A stretch of 32,000 nt of DNA from Nitrososphaerota archaeon (GCA_016215465.1 JACRJT010000052.1:52113-84112), one strand, 5' to 3'. Shown: positions 17,269 to 25,680, counted from the first letter of the stretch. Notes: a model not told the origin generated them from the letters alone. Program-made: numbers and translations.

Positions 17269-17667
17269 CTATGCGGTTTTCCCTACGTTTAATGTCAACG
17301 AAAGTGTCGGGGACAATGCAGAAGGATCATCGATGCTTTCCCAGACAAATATTGTCGCAGTGTATTTTCCAGTCTCGTCTGGAGTCCAGGACAGTGCAGG
17401 GCTAAAGGATTGTGTTGGAACTAGTTTTCCAGTAAGCCAAGACAGGGACACGGTAACGCCGTCCTCATTTTGTATTTGTACGATATAAGCAAAGTCTTGC
17501 TCTATGTCCTGATTGTTTCTTAGGTCTGCAGTTATTTGCACCTGCTTTCCAACCTCGATTGATCTTATATTTTGTTTATCACCAAGTATGATTGGGGATT
17601 CGGCATACGCATGATTCAGAATTGATATGGTCAATAATCCAAATATCACAAAACCATAGTATTTCAT
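17269..17667 (-). CDS. secreted beta-rich protein (signal peptide)
   Basis: 132 aa. The signal-like N-terminus is MKYYGFVIFGLLTISILNHAYA, followed by an Ig/CARDB-like beta pattern. Confidence 0.6.
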   Translation of the reverse strand: MKYYGFVIFGLLTISILNHAYAESPIILGDKQNIRSIEVGKQVQITADLRNNQDIEQDFAYIVQIQNEDGVTVSLSWLTGKLVPTQSFSPALSWTPDETGKYTATIFVWESIDDPSALSPTLSLTLNVGKTA

Positions 17668-17702
17668 ACAGGGGATTGCCCCGGCCCTTTTGATAAGTTA
17701 TT

Positions 17703-17804
17703 CTAATAGGCAGTAGCGTTTTCAGCGTGTTTTACGGCGCATTCAATAGAGCAAAAGCTTGACGCTCGATTTTGGAACTCTTTTCCACAGTTCTTGCACT
17801 TCAC
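17703..17804 (-). CDS. candidate 33-aa zinc-ribbon mini-protein (GTG start): MKCKNCGKEFQNRASSFCSIECAVKHAENATAY
   Basis: Hand-translated sub-threshold ORF with a C-x2-C ... FCS-x-EC motif. An AT-rich TATA-like tract lies about 28 nt upstream. It shares its motif with the 19619 mini-ORF. Confidence 0.35.
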   Translation of the reverse strand: MKCKNCGKEFQNRASSFCSIECAVKHAENATAY

Positions 17805-17939
17805 ATATTTAAAATCTAAAAAATGAAATAATAAATTAACTGTGAAATCCCAAAATTGGAAACAAACCTAAATTCCATGATTTGTCAATTTTTGGGGCTT
17901 TGGAATCAATGATTTTAGATAGGTTATCTCGGAATTGAT

Positions 17940-18050
17940 TCACTCGCGCATTCCCACTAGTTTTTCAATTCTATTCCTTGGCGGAATGGAGTCAGACGTA
18001 CCCGGCACAGACCAGTAAGGCGGCAGAATCATAACAGATTCCAAACTCAT
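17940..18050 (-). CDS. candidate 36-aa ORF (MSLESVMILPPYWSVPGTSDSIPPRNRIEKLVGMRE)
   Basis: Hand-translated ATG ORF in a locally GC-richer part of a 540-nt gap. A TTTTAAG TATA-like box lies about 25 nt upstream. I recognise no family. Confidence 0.25.
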   Translation of the reverse strand: MSLESVMILPPYWSVPGTSDSIPPRNRIEKLVGMRE

Positions 18051-18110
18051 GCACACATGATAGAATTATCGCTTAAAAGAATCACTGATGATTCATCAGT
18101 ATTTTGTGTT

Positions 18111-18155
18111 GATAGATGGGCGGGATGGTCTGGCACGGCATTAATCCCATCTATC
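18111..18155. other. perfect 10-bp stem hairpin (GATAGATGGG - 25 nt - CCCATCTATC)
   Basis: Read directly from the sequence. It lies about 50 nt downstream of the msrA stop on the minus strand, next to a 7-bp palindrome at 18084-18100. Confidence 0.5.
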
Positions 18156-18170
18156 TAAAACAGATAACGT

Positions 18171-18190
18171 ATTTTTGTATAAAAAAGCCG
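18171..18190 (-). terminator. oligo-T tract (minus strand GGCTTTTTTATACAAAAAT) downstream of msrA
   Basis: A T6 run lies 16-25 nt after the msrA stop codon. Archaeal termination typically uses oligo-T. Confidence 0.35.
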
Positions 18191-18205
18191 CGAAGAAATC
18201 ATTCA

Positions 18206-18679
18206 TTATCCAAGGCCGCACTTTGCATAATACTGCTGGTGATATTCCTCTGCCTTGTAAAATTCCTCCAAAGGCTTGATTTCGGTGACTATTTTTTTGT
18301 CAAGCTTGCCGGATTTATCCAAATTTTCCCTTGATTGCCTTGCAATTTTTTCCTGGTCATCATCATGGCAAAATATGACAGAGCGGTACTGCTTTCCAAC
18401 ATCGGGTCCCTGTCGGTCAAGTGATGTAGGATCATGAGATTGCCAAAACACGTCCAATAGTTTTTCATATGATAGTATTAACGGATCAAACTCTACTTGC
18501 ACCACTTCGGCGTGTCCTGTCGTATCTGTGCACACGTCGTGATATGTTGGATTTTTTTGCCATCCTCCGCTGTATCCTACTGCAGTCGATGTGATTCCTT
18601 TTGTTTTTCTAAATATGTCTTCCACGCACCAAAAGCAGCCTGCACCAAATGTTGCTTTCATGTAATGATCATAACCCAC
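18206..18679 (-). CDS. msrA: peptide-methionine (S)-S-oxide reductase
   Basis: 157 aa. The GAGCFWCVE active-site motif and the GYSGG...YHDVC...[12 protein letters not shown] pattern are present. Confidence 0.95.
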   Translation of the reverse strand: MGYDHYMKATFGAGCFWCVEDIFRKTKGITSTAVGYSGGWQKNPTYHDVCTDTTGHAEVVQVEFDPLILSYEKLLDVFWQSHDPTSLDRQGPDVGKQYRSVIFCHDDDQEKIARQSRENLDKSGKLDKKIVTEIKPLEEFYKAEEYHQQYYAKCGLG

Positions 18680-18704
18680 CTCAATTAAAATTATTATCCA
18701 AGTG

Positions 18705-19484
18705 TCATTTTTCGTACAGGTACACGTCCAGCTTTGTCAATGGAAGTGTCAGAGTATCCGGAATTACGATCAAGAGTCCGGAATTTTTATCAACATCACT
18801 ACATGTACCGCTAAAGCTTACATAGTTTTTCCCAAAGCATCCCACATTTTCATAGTGTTTGAATTTACCATTTTGCTCATCATAGTTTACTTGCTCAGAT
18901 ATCGACTGTATGAAATACACGTCAAAGCCCACCGAATTATCGTTTATTCTCACACTGTAATCAAAGGAGGTGGTATTTTTCGAAGTGCAGATTGGAATGA
19001 ATTGCGAGTAACCGGTTTTTAATTTCTCTTCATGCTCATCGTCACCTTGGCTGCTTTTGATTGGAGCATACAGAGTAATATTCGGGTCTGGGCTCTCTTG
19101 TTTTCCTGCAAGGTATTCTATTTGATGACGTATTACATCTGCACCAAACCTAACATAGTGAGGCTCCCACACGTCATGGCAGTCAGTATTGTCATGTTGA
19201 ATCAAAGTGTATGATTTTCCGTGAACGGATCTTACTTCGTCAACGTTTGTTTCTTTTGTCATTTCCAATCTTGTTTCCGGCATGAGTGCCTGCTCTTCTG
19301 TTTGTGACCAAACATTTGTTATGTCATATACAATGTTCCCAGGGTAGCTCCTCCAGTCCTGAAGCAGGTGGACGTAGACAGACTGTTTGTTGATTGCTTG
19401 TTGCTGCAAAACAAACGTGCTCACCACATAATAGCTAACAATTATTCCGATGATCGCCAGTATCACGACGTAACGAATTCTCAT
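18705..19484 (-). CDS. N-terminally anchored extracytoplasmic protein of unknown function
   Basis: 259 aa. Has a single N-terminal TM segment ([22 protein letters not shown]) and a Cys-containing soluble domain. Confidence 0.65.
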   Translation of the reverse strand: MRIRYVVILAIIGIIVSYYVVSTFVLQQQAINKQSVYVHLLQDWRSYPGNIVYDITNVWSQTEEQALMPETRLEMTKETNVDEVRSVHGKSYTLIQHDNTDCHDVWEPHYVRFGADVIRHQIEYLAGKQESPDPNITLYAPIKSSQGDDEHEEKLKTGYSQFIPICTSKNTTSFDYSVRINDNSVGFDVYFIQSISEQVNYDEQNGKFKHYENVGCFGKNYVSFSGTCSDVDKNSGLLIVIPDTLTLPLTKLDVYLYEK

Positions 19485-19618
19485 TCAATGTTTTTGAATT
19501 TCATAGTCTTTTGAAAGTTGCTATTAACTCTACGTGTGTTTTATTTAGATATGATATCCACTTGTCTGTTTATTTTGAAATTAAATTATGTTATAAGATC
19601 ATCTGACGATACGAGTTC

Positions 19619-19741
19619 ATGAAGAACTGCAAGACGTGCGGAAAAAGCCTAGATGGAATGCCGCCAGATAGCACATATTGTTCTTTGGAGTGCACGTACG
19701 GAATACCCAATTTCGCAGAAGAACAGTCAGTATTTCCATAA
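19619..19741 (+). CDS. candidate 40-aa zinc-ribbon mini-protein: MKNCKTCGKSLDGMPPDSTYCSLECTYGIPNFAEEQSVFP
   Basis: Hand-translated ATG ORF with a C-x2-CGK ... YCS-x-EC motif. A TTATAAG box is centred about 25 nt upstream. Confidence 0.45.
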   Translation: MKNCKTCGKSLDGMPPDSTYCSLECTYGIPNFAEEQSVFP

Positions 19742-19742
19742 A

Positions 19743-19931
19743 TTACGCTGTGTCTTCAGCATTTGATTTTAAATCAAACTCTATATCATTTCCAGTTTCG
19801 TGAAAATACCTATGTTTTATTTCCTCTAATTTTTCCAATATGGTAGGATTATGCGACAGATTACGCTTTTTCAGTTTTAGTGTTAGAGTTTTGTATTTGG
19901 AGACTAGTTTTCTAAGTTCAGATTTTTTCAC
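19743..19931 (-). CDS. small hypothetical protein (62 aa, GTG start)
   Basis: Basic helical ORF. A TTTTTTAAAA tract lies about 29 nt upstream. Confidence 0.4.
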   Translation of the reverse strand: MKKSELRKLVSKYKTLTLKLKKRNLSHNPTILEKLEEIKHRYFHETGNDIEFDLKSNAEDTA

Positions 19932-20389
19932 AGTTATTACATTACATTTTTTGTTTTAAAAAATTTGTTGTAGATGAAATAACTTGTGAGGCAGGAAAAA
20001 AGACAGACCTTTTTCTAAGGTCACTTTTATTTTTTCTTGCTCTTGGATTTAGCAGATGATTTTTTTGCTTTTGCTTTTGTAGCCATACCTGTAAGTTTTT
20101 TGTATGCTATTAAACATGCTGATTTTGGAATTTTGCGATTTAGTTTTGAAAAAATAAAATCAATTACAAAAAAAGATCGTTCAGATGTTGAAAAAAGGTT
20201 TTGCAAAGAATTGGAAAATTTGCGATCTGGTATCGATGATATTGCCAGACGAAGAAATTACAAATGCAGTCAAAATCACATTTTGAGTTTGATTACTTTT
20301 CTGATAGTTCATCATGTGATCGAGTTGTTTTTGTTCTGAAAATGGATCAGGGGTGTTTTTTTAGAGTAAATTCATCGTATTTGATGAGA

Positions 20390-23300
20390 TCAAGACATCG
20401 AATTTTGGATTTTTGATCTATTTTTTATAGCAAAAATAGAAAAAGATGGAATCCCAAGATAGATTCCCGCATTAAGTAGAATTATTCCCATTCCATACCA
20501 CACAAGATCAGATTCAGAGTCAACGTTATTCAAAAGGAATAGCGTGGAAAGCATTGGCGTGATTGTTATTTTTACAATTTCTTTGAAAATTGGGTTTTGT
20601 CTTTCCCAGTCGGCTATTGTCGGACTAAATGAATAATAAAATTGGTTGAATCCAGCCATAAAAGCAGTTCCGGATTTAGTGCCAAACAAGACATCATCGC
20701 GTATTTCTCGCAATTGCTGCACTTGTGGCGATAGTTCAGTGCCATATGCGGCAGTGGCAACAAGACATCCACCACCTTTTGCTGCATCCAATACACAGAC
20801 TCCGCCTTCAAGATGGGTTCCTTCTCCGCATTTTGCTGCATCAGGGATTGATTCTGGCTCTGGAACCTTGAATAACGCATAGATGGTTTGACCTTGGAAG
20901 TTTCCATCAAACCATGCCTTGAATGAAGGTTCGTTTTGGTATAGGTAAATGTAGTAATCAGAGTCCTTGGCAGGGTCTGGAAATCCAGGAATGTGGGTTG
21001 TAACTACCTCCTTTTTGTTAGGATCGACGGCTCCTACCACATCATAGATTGATTCACCTGGAAAGTTTCTGTCAAACCATGCCGTAAATTCAGGCTCGTT
21101 GTTGTATCTGTCCACATAATATTGCTGGTCCCTTGCAGGGTCTGGAAATCCAGGAATGTGGGTTTTTGGCTTTTCTTGCTCTGGCTCCTCAATAGGTGTC
21201 TCGGTTTCCTCTGGAACGGTAGGTGTTGCAGGTTTGGCAGGTTCTGCTACAGTCACAGAGACTTCGTTGGATTGGGTACTCATTCCGGCAGAGTTGATCG
21301 CGTAAACTCTGTAAGAATAGGTGTTTGCCAGCAGTCCAGTATGAGAGTATGAGGTGCCAGTTGCCTTGTTGATCAGAGTCAGGTATGATCCGGAACCAAT
21401 CCTGTATTCTATCTTGTATCCAGTGACAGGTGCACCACCGTCATTTGACGGGGCAGACCATAAAAGATTTGCCAAGTTTGAGACATTGTGAGTTACTGTA
21501 AGTGTTGGTGCGCCAGGAGGATGAGCTAGAACAGCAGATGGTATCGAGGAGGCTTCAGGTGACGGGGAGCTAATCCCAACAGAGTTAATCGCGTAAATCC
21601 TGTACACGTATGTTGCGCCAGTTGTTAATCCAGCATGATAGTATCTCGTAGTAGAGTTTTGAGTGCTTGATGTGAGTGTTTCGAATTGGCTCGTGTTCTT
21701 TTTTACTTCAATTTTGTATCCAGTTATGACAGACCCACCGGTGTTAGACGGAGCAGACCATGACAGGTTGATTTGAGTTGGAGATGCAGACGTTGCGGTA
21801 ATACCTGTTGGTGCGCCAGGAGGATTTACGTTTGACTGGGATTGCAGGGGCGTCGAGGTTGTCAGTGGTGTTGCAGACGCCTCGTTTGAAATTGGGCTAG
21901 CCCCCAAAGTAAAATAAGCTGAAACGACGTAGGTGTGAGCCTTTCCAGTTGTGAGCCCGGTGATGGAATACGTTGTTGCAGTAGAGCCGGTGTTTTCAGA
22001 GATTGTCTGATATGTGTCTGAAGCTATTTTTTCCTCAATCTTGTATCCAGTGATTTTCTGCTGGTATGTTTGTGACGGCGGAACCCAAGACAGAGTAATT
22101 GAGGTTGAAGATACTGCCGTTGCGGCAAGTGCAGGTGCCGTTGTTTCTTTTGGTGTTGCAGATGTGTCACTTGAAGGACCTGTTCCAATTGAATTAATTG
22201 CAGAAACGCGGTAATAGTAGACGGTGCCTTTTGTCAATCCTGTGTGGATAAACGATGTTGCAGTGCTTTGCGTGTTTGCAACCAGCGTTTCGTAAGAGCC
22301 AGAGCTCTTCTTTGCTTCAATTTTGTATCCAGTGATGGCAGAGCCGCCGTTGTTTGACGGGGGGGACCAGGACAGGTTGACCTGAGTTGGCGACGCAGCA
22401 GTTGCAGTCAGACTGGTTGGCGTGCCAGGAATGCTTGATGAGGAGGGAGTAGTAGAAGATTCTGCCGATGCACTTCCAGTTCCAATTGAATTAATTGCAG
22501 AAACGCGGTAAACGTAAGTTTGGCCAGCACTCAATCCCGTATGTGAGTAGGTAGTTACAGTACTGGCAGTGTTTGATACTAGAACCGAATAAGAGCCAGA
22601 ACCAACCCTGTATTCTATCTTGTATCCAGTAACCTGGTAGCCGCCGTTGTTTGACGGGGCAGTCCAGGATAGGTTGTTCTGAGTCGAAGAAGCGCTGGTC
22701 GCAGTCAGAGAGGTAGGTGCGCCCGGAACGGTTGCAGAAGATGAAGATGTTGGGGTTGCAGATACTTCAGATGATACACTTCCAGTTCCGACAGAGTTGA
22801 TGGCAGAAACCTTGTATGTGTAAACAGTTCCAGTTACAAGTCCTGTGTGGGGGTATGCAGTGGATGTGCTGGCAGTGTTTGATACTAGAACCGAATAAGA
22901 GCCAGAGCCAGATTTAGCTTCAATTTTGTATCCAGTTATTGCAGCACCACCGTTATTTGACGGGGCAGTCCAAGACAGGTTGACCTGAGTTGGTGAAACG
23001 GGGGCTGCGGTAAGACCAGTTGGTGCGCTAGGAACTGTCAATGCGGAGGATGATTGAGGTTGCGCTACTGCCTCTGAGGACGGCTGCGTACTTGTTCCAA
23101 ACGAAGTAATTGTGAATACTCGATAAATGTAAACTTGGCCGGTAGTTAGGCCGGTGTGAGAATAAGTTGTTGATGCACTTCCAGTGCTGGACACCAGAGT
23201 TGTATAAGAGCTTGAACCAACCCTGTATTCTATTCGGTACCCGGTAAGTGGATATCCACCGTTATTTGACGGGGCAGCCCAAGACAGGTTGACCTGAGTT

Positions 23301-23725
23301 GGCGATGCAGGAACCGCGATAAGATCAGTAGGGGCACCAGGATTTGCGCCAGATGATGTTGATGTTGGAGTCGCAGACGCTTCAGACGAAGACGCGCTTG
23401 TCCCAATGGAGTTGATCGCATACACGTGGTACGTATAGGTTTGATCAGTTGTCAATCCTGTGTGGGAGTATGCAGTGGATGTGCTGGCAGTGTTTGATAC
23501 TAAAACCGAATAAGAGCCAGAACCAACCCTGTATTCTATCTTGTATCCCGTGATACTTGACTGGCCGTCGTTTGGAGCAGACCAGAAAAGATTGATCTGT
23601 GTTGGCGATACTGCGGTCACTGTCAGTCCGGATGGCGCGTCTGGAACGGTTGCCGCGTTTGCCTCAGCATGAAAAGATACCAAAATAAGAACTGAGGATA
23701 GTAATAATACGGTTAGCAGATTCAC
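20390..23725 (-). CDS. large surface protein: signal peptide, 8 fibronectin type III repeats, 2 x 55-aa THIPGFPDP modules, C-terminal GGGC-LVATAAYG anchor module
   Basis: 1111 aa, GTG start. The signal peptide is MNLLTVLLLSSVLILVSFHAEANA. There are eight ~100-aa units with (P)GAPT-L-x-A...L-SW-x-AP-x-x-x-GG-x-x-ITGYKIE...Y-YRV-AINS-G. Confidence 0.9.
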   Translation of the reverse strand: MNLLTVLLLSSVLILVSFHAEANAATVPDAPSGLTVTAVSPTQINLFWSAPNDGQSSITGYKIEYRVGSGSYSVLVSNTASTSTAYSHTGLTTDQTYTYHVYAINSIGTSASSSEASATPTSTSSGANPGAPTDLIAVPASPTQVNLSWAAPSNNGGYPLTGYRIEYRVGSSSYTTLVSSTGSASTTYSHTGLTTGQVYIYRVFTITSFGTSTQPSSEAVAQPQSSSALTVPSAPTGLTAAPVSPTQVNLSWTAPSNNGGAAITGYKIEAKSGSGSYSVLVSNTASTSTAYPHTGLVTGTVYTYKVSAINSVGTGSVSSEVSATPTSSSSATVPGAPTSLTATSASSTQNNLSWTAPSNNGGYQVTGYKIEYRVGSGSYSVLVSNTASTVTTYSHTGLSAGQTYVYRVSAINSIGTGSASAESSTTPSSSSIPGTPTSLTATAASPTQVNLSWSPPSNNGGSAITGYKIEAKKSSGSYETLVANTQSTATSFIHTGLTKGTVYYYRVSAINSIGTGPSSDTSATPKETTAPALAATAVSSTSITLSWVPPSQTYQQKITGYKIEEKIASDTYQTISENTGSTATTYSITGLTTGKAHTYVVSAYFTLGASPISNEASATPLTTSTPLQSQSNVNPPGAPTGITATSASPTQINLSWSAPSNTGGSVITGYKIEVKKNTSQFETLTSSTQNSTTRYYHAGLTTGATYVYRIYAINSVGISSPSPEASSIPSAVLAHPPGAPTLTVTHNVSNLANLLWSAPSNDGGAPVTGYKIEYRIGSGSYLTLINKATGTSYSHTGLLANTYSYRVYAINSAGMSTQSNEVSVTVAEPAKPATPTVPEETETPIEEPEQEKPKTHIPGFPDPARDQQYYVDRYNNEPEFTAWFDRNFPGESIYDVVGAVDPNKKEVVTTHIPGFPDPAKDSDYYIYLYQNEPSFKAWFDGNFQGQTIYALFKVPEPESIPDAAKCGEGTHLEGGVCVLDAAKGGGCLVATAAYGTELSPQVQQLREIRDDVLFGTKSGTAFMAGFNQFYYSFSPTIADWERQNPIFKEIVKITITPMLSTLFLLNNVDSESDLVWYGMGIILLNAGIYLGIPSFSIFAIKNRSKIQNSMS
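20850..21163 (-). repeat. tandem duplication of a 165-nt (55-aa) THIPGFPDPA-x-D..YY...NEP-F-AWFD-NF-G..IY module
   Basis: A 30-nt identical core sits at 20970-20999 and 21135-21164, exactly 165 nt apart. The lower boundary is approximate. Confidence 0.8.
21245..23650 (-). repeat. array of 8 FN3-coding repeats (~300 nt units), boundaries approximate
   Basis: Periodicity is visible in both protein and DNA. Near-identical tracts include 22841-22906 vs 23456-23521 (2 mismatches in 66 nt, by eye) and 22563-22600 = 22869-22906. Confidence 0.85.
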
Positions 23726-23883
23726 GTTGAATTTGACTTGCCAAAACTGGCTGATAAATACTTGGAATAAATTATTAGTGAATTAGGTAAAAATGGTTTT
23801 GGTTAGTCTAGAACATTCTTCTGTTTTTTGGGTTTTTTCATGAATCCGCAGTATGGTTTTATGGATATGATGTTCACAGAGTA

Positions 23884-24102
23884 ATGATGGAAAGGATACG
23901 AATTGAGTCAAGTGATCTAAAATCAGTCGGATATGACGAACCAACGCAAACGCTGGAAATAGAGTTTCGCCAGGGTGGAATATACCAGTACTTTGGCGTA
24001 CCAAAAAAGATCCACGACGGCTTAATGCAGTATGCGTTATCCCATGACCAATACCACAGCAGATTCATCAAGAACCGCTACAGACATAAGAAGATTCGCT
24101 GA
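23884..24102 (+). CDS. KTSC domain protein
   Basis: 72 aa. IESSDLKSVGYDEPTQTLEIEFRQGGIYQYFGVPKKIHDGLM fits the KTSC domain pattern. Confidence 0.75.
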   Translation: MMERIRIESSDLKSVGYDEPTQTLEIEFRQGGIYQYFGVPKKIHDGLMQYALSHDQYHSRFIKNRYRHKKIR

Positions 24103-24140
24103 CTCAAAACGTTTCATTAGTACGTCACCAGTATTCAGAT

Positions 24141-24374
24141 TCATTTGGAATATTTTTCTAAAACCACAGTCTCACCAAAACTTTGGATTTCCTTTGTCAG
24201 ATCATCTAGAATCTGAAGGCCGTGCAAAATTGGCTCCTTTGCCAGGGTTTTGTTTTCAAGCTTGTGCTTTAGGACCAGTCTCTCATTGTTTACAAAGCTC
24301 AAAAGCCCGATGCTTCCTTGCATGTTAAGCCCGACATAGAATTGCACGTATTCAGATACGGTCTTTATTCCCAT
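24141..24374 (-). CDS. small hypothetical protein (77 aa)
   Basis: ATG ORF with no recognised family. It overlaps a plus-strand ORF of similar size, so the strand choice is uncertain. Confidence 0.35.
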   Translation of the reverse strand: MGIKTVSEYVQFYVGLNMQGSIGLLSFVNNERLVLKHKLENKTLAKEPILHGLQILDDLTKEIQSFGETVVLEKYSK

Positions 24375-24433
24375 AGTACGGATTAGGTTTTTCCAGTATT
24401 TGATTCAGTCTTTTCAAATACTATTTTGGAACG

Positions 24434-24844
24434 TTAATGAGGTATCCTCTGCAAGTTAGGATTGGTATTTGAAAAACTCACCGAGATAGAATTCGGATCG
24501 TCGGCACGTATGAAAAACTCGCTTGTCCTGCAGGCTTTGGACATAATCAATCCGGAGATTTTCAGAGTTATGGATTCTTTGTCTGATTTTAATATCAATT
24601 CAGGGGAATACAGCCTGTCTTTTCCGGCACAGGTTTCAATTGTTACAATATACAAAACTTGAAGGAATCGGGACTGGATTATCTTGGTTATCTTTACGGA
24701 TTTATCTTCAAGCGGTGCTTGGATTTCTTTGAGGTGTTTGAGGTTTTGATTATCTTTGGAAGTGACCTTAGAGTATGCCAGAATTGGGCTTGAAAGTAAG
24801 GACATGGTAATTACAAATACCAGTAATACGATAGTGGTGCGCAA
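24434..24844 (-). CDS. secreted hypothetical protein (TTG start)
   Basis: 136 aa. The signal-like N-terminus is MRTTIVLLVFVITMSLLSSPILAYS. Confidence 0.55.
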   Translation of the reverse strand: MRTTIVLLVFVITMSLLSSPILAYSKVTSKDNQNLKHLKEIQAPLEDKSVKITKIIQSRFLQVLYIVTIETCAGKDRLYSPELILKSDKESITLKISGLIMSKACRTSEFFIRADDPNSISVSFSNTNPNLQRIPH

Positions 24845-24885
24845 TGGGATTAATGATATGATTTAGGATTTAAGAATTTAGAAAA

Positions 24886-25302
24886 TTAAGAAAACTGCTT
24901 TATTTTTTCTAGCGCGGTTTTGATGTTGGAATAATCAGCCATGATGTAGTCATTTCCAGATAGCAAGTCAGAATAGAATTTTTCGTTTTGCGCCCTCTTG
25001 ATGTCAGACTCGTAGCAGTTTAGTGCTTTTTCATATAGAGGTATGTCTGCCTGTAATTCAGACAATGTTTCTGGGCATTCTAGTGCATTTTTTATTTTTG
25101 ATATTGCAGGGTCTATTTGGGGTCCAGTCTTGCTTGCCTCCGAGATGACAAGTGTAGCAAACATCGGTGCATCTTTTAGTTCAGGAGATTTCCCGATTGA
25201 CTTTAGCCTTTTTCTGTAATGGGCCAAGGCCCGCAAAATGATTTCATAGCCTCCCTCTTCTTTTAGATAGATTCCACCTAGCCAAACTTGGGGCATATTC
25301 AC
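24886..25302 (-). CDS. hypothetical alpha-helical protein (138 aa; GTG at 25302 or ATG at 25296)
   Basis: Long ORF with plausible composition. A TATA-like TTTACAAATAATAAA lies about 25-30 nt upstream. Confidence 0.55.
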   Translation of the reverse strand: MNMPQVWLGGIYLKEEGGYEIILRALAHYRKRLKSIGKSPELKDAPMFATLVISEASKTGPQIDPAISKIKNALECPETLSELQADIPLYEKALNCYESDIKRAQNEKFYSDLLSGNDYIMADYSNIKTALEKIKQFS

Positions 25303-25680
25303 TTTGGGTCAGTTTGGTTGTTTATTATTTGTAAACTTGAGAATGGATTAAGACCGTTTTTTAGGATTAGTTGGTAGAATATTCTGTTTACGAGTTTGCA
25401 AATCCGGACAAAAATTGAATCAGGCTCAATTTAATCCTAAAAATTCTTAATTTCAAGTTTAATCTAGTAATGTATGGAACATACTAAGGAATGCACATAT
25501 AGAAATGCTCACGATATGCCTCATGTTAGTTGCGCTTGTATGTGTCACAAAATAATCATGATGGATTCAAAAAAGTAGATTCTAAACTCTTTGTTTTCTT
25601 GAAATATGGCAAATTAGTATGAAATCAACTCGACGTTGCACTACAAAAACTGATAAACCTAAGACTAAAAAGGAAATCAA

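Noticed and set aside
18084-18100. CTGATGA within the palindrome, considered as a C box of a C/D-box sRNA
   Set aside because: There are no D, C' or D' boxes at canonical spacing on either strand.
20027-20086. 19-aa Lys-rich minus-strand micro-ORF (MATKAKAKKSSAKSKSKKK)
   Set aside because: It is too short and low-complexity to distinguish from chance in A-rich DNA, and I see no supporting promoter.
20037-20339. 100-aa plus-strand ORF between 19743..19931 and the FN3 gene
   Set aside because: It has only a TTG start and no in-frame ATG, and its N-terminal third looks like noise. A plus-strand T7 run follows just after its stop (about 20355-20362), and a possible internal TTG start at 20133 keeps it from being excluded. 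I cannot support a call.
21245-23650. The regular ~300-nt DNA periodicity, considered as a CRISPR-like or satellite or mobile repeat
   Set aside because: The periodicity is fully explained by in-frame FN3 domain repeats within one long ORF.
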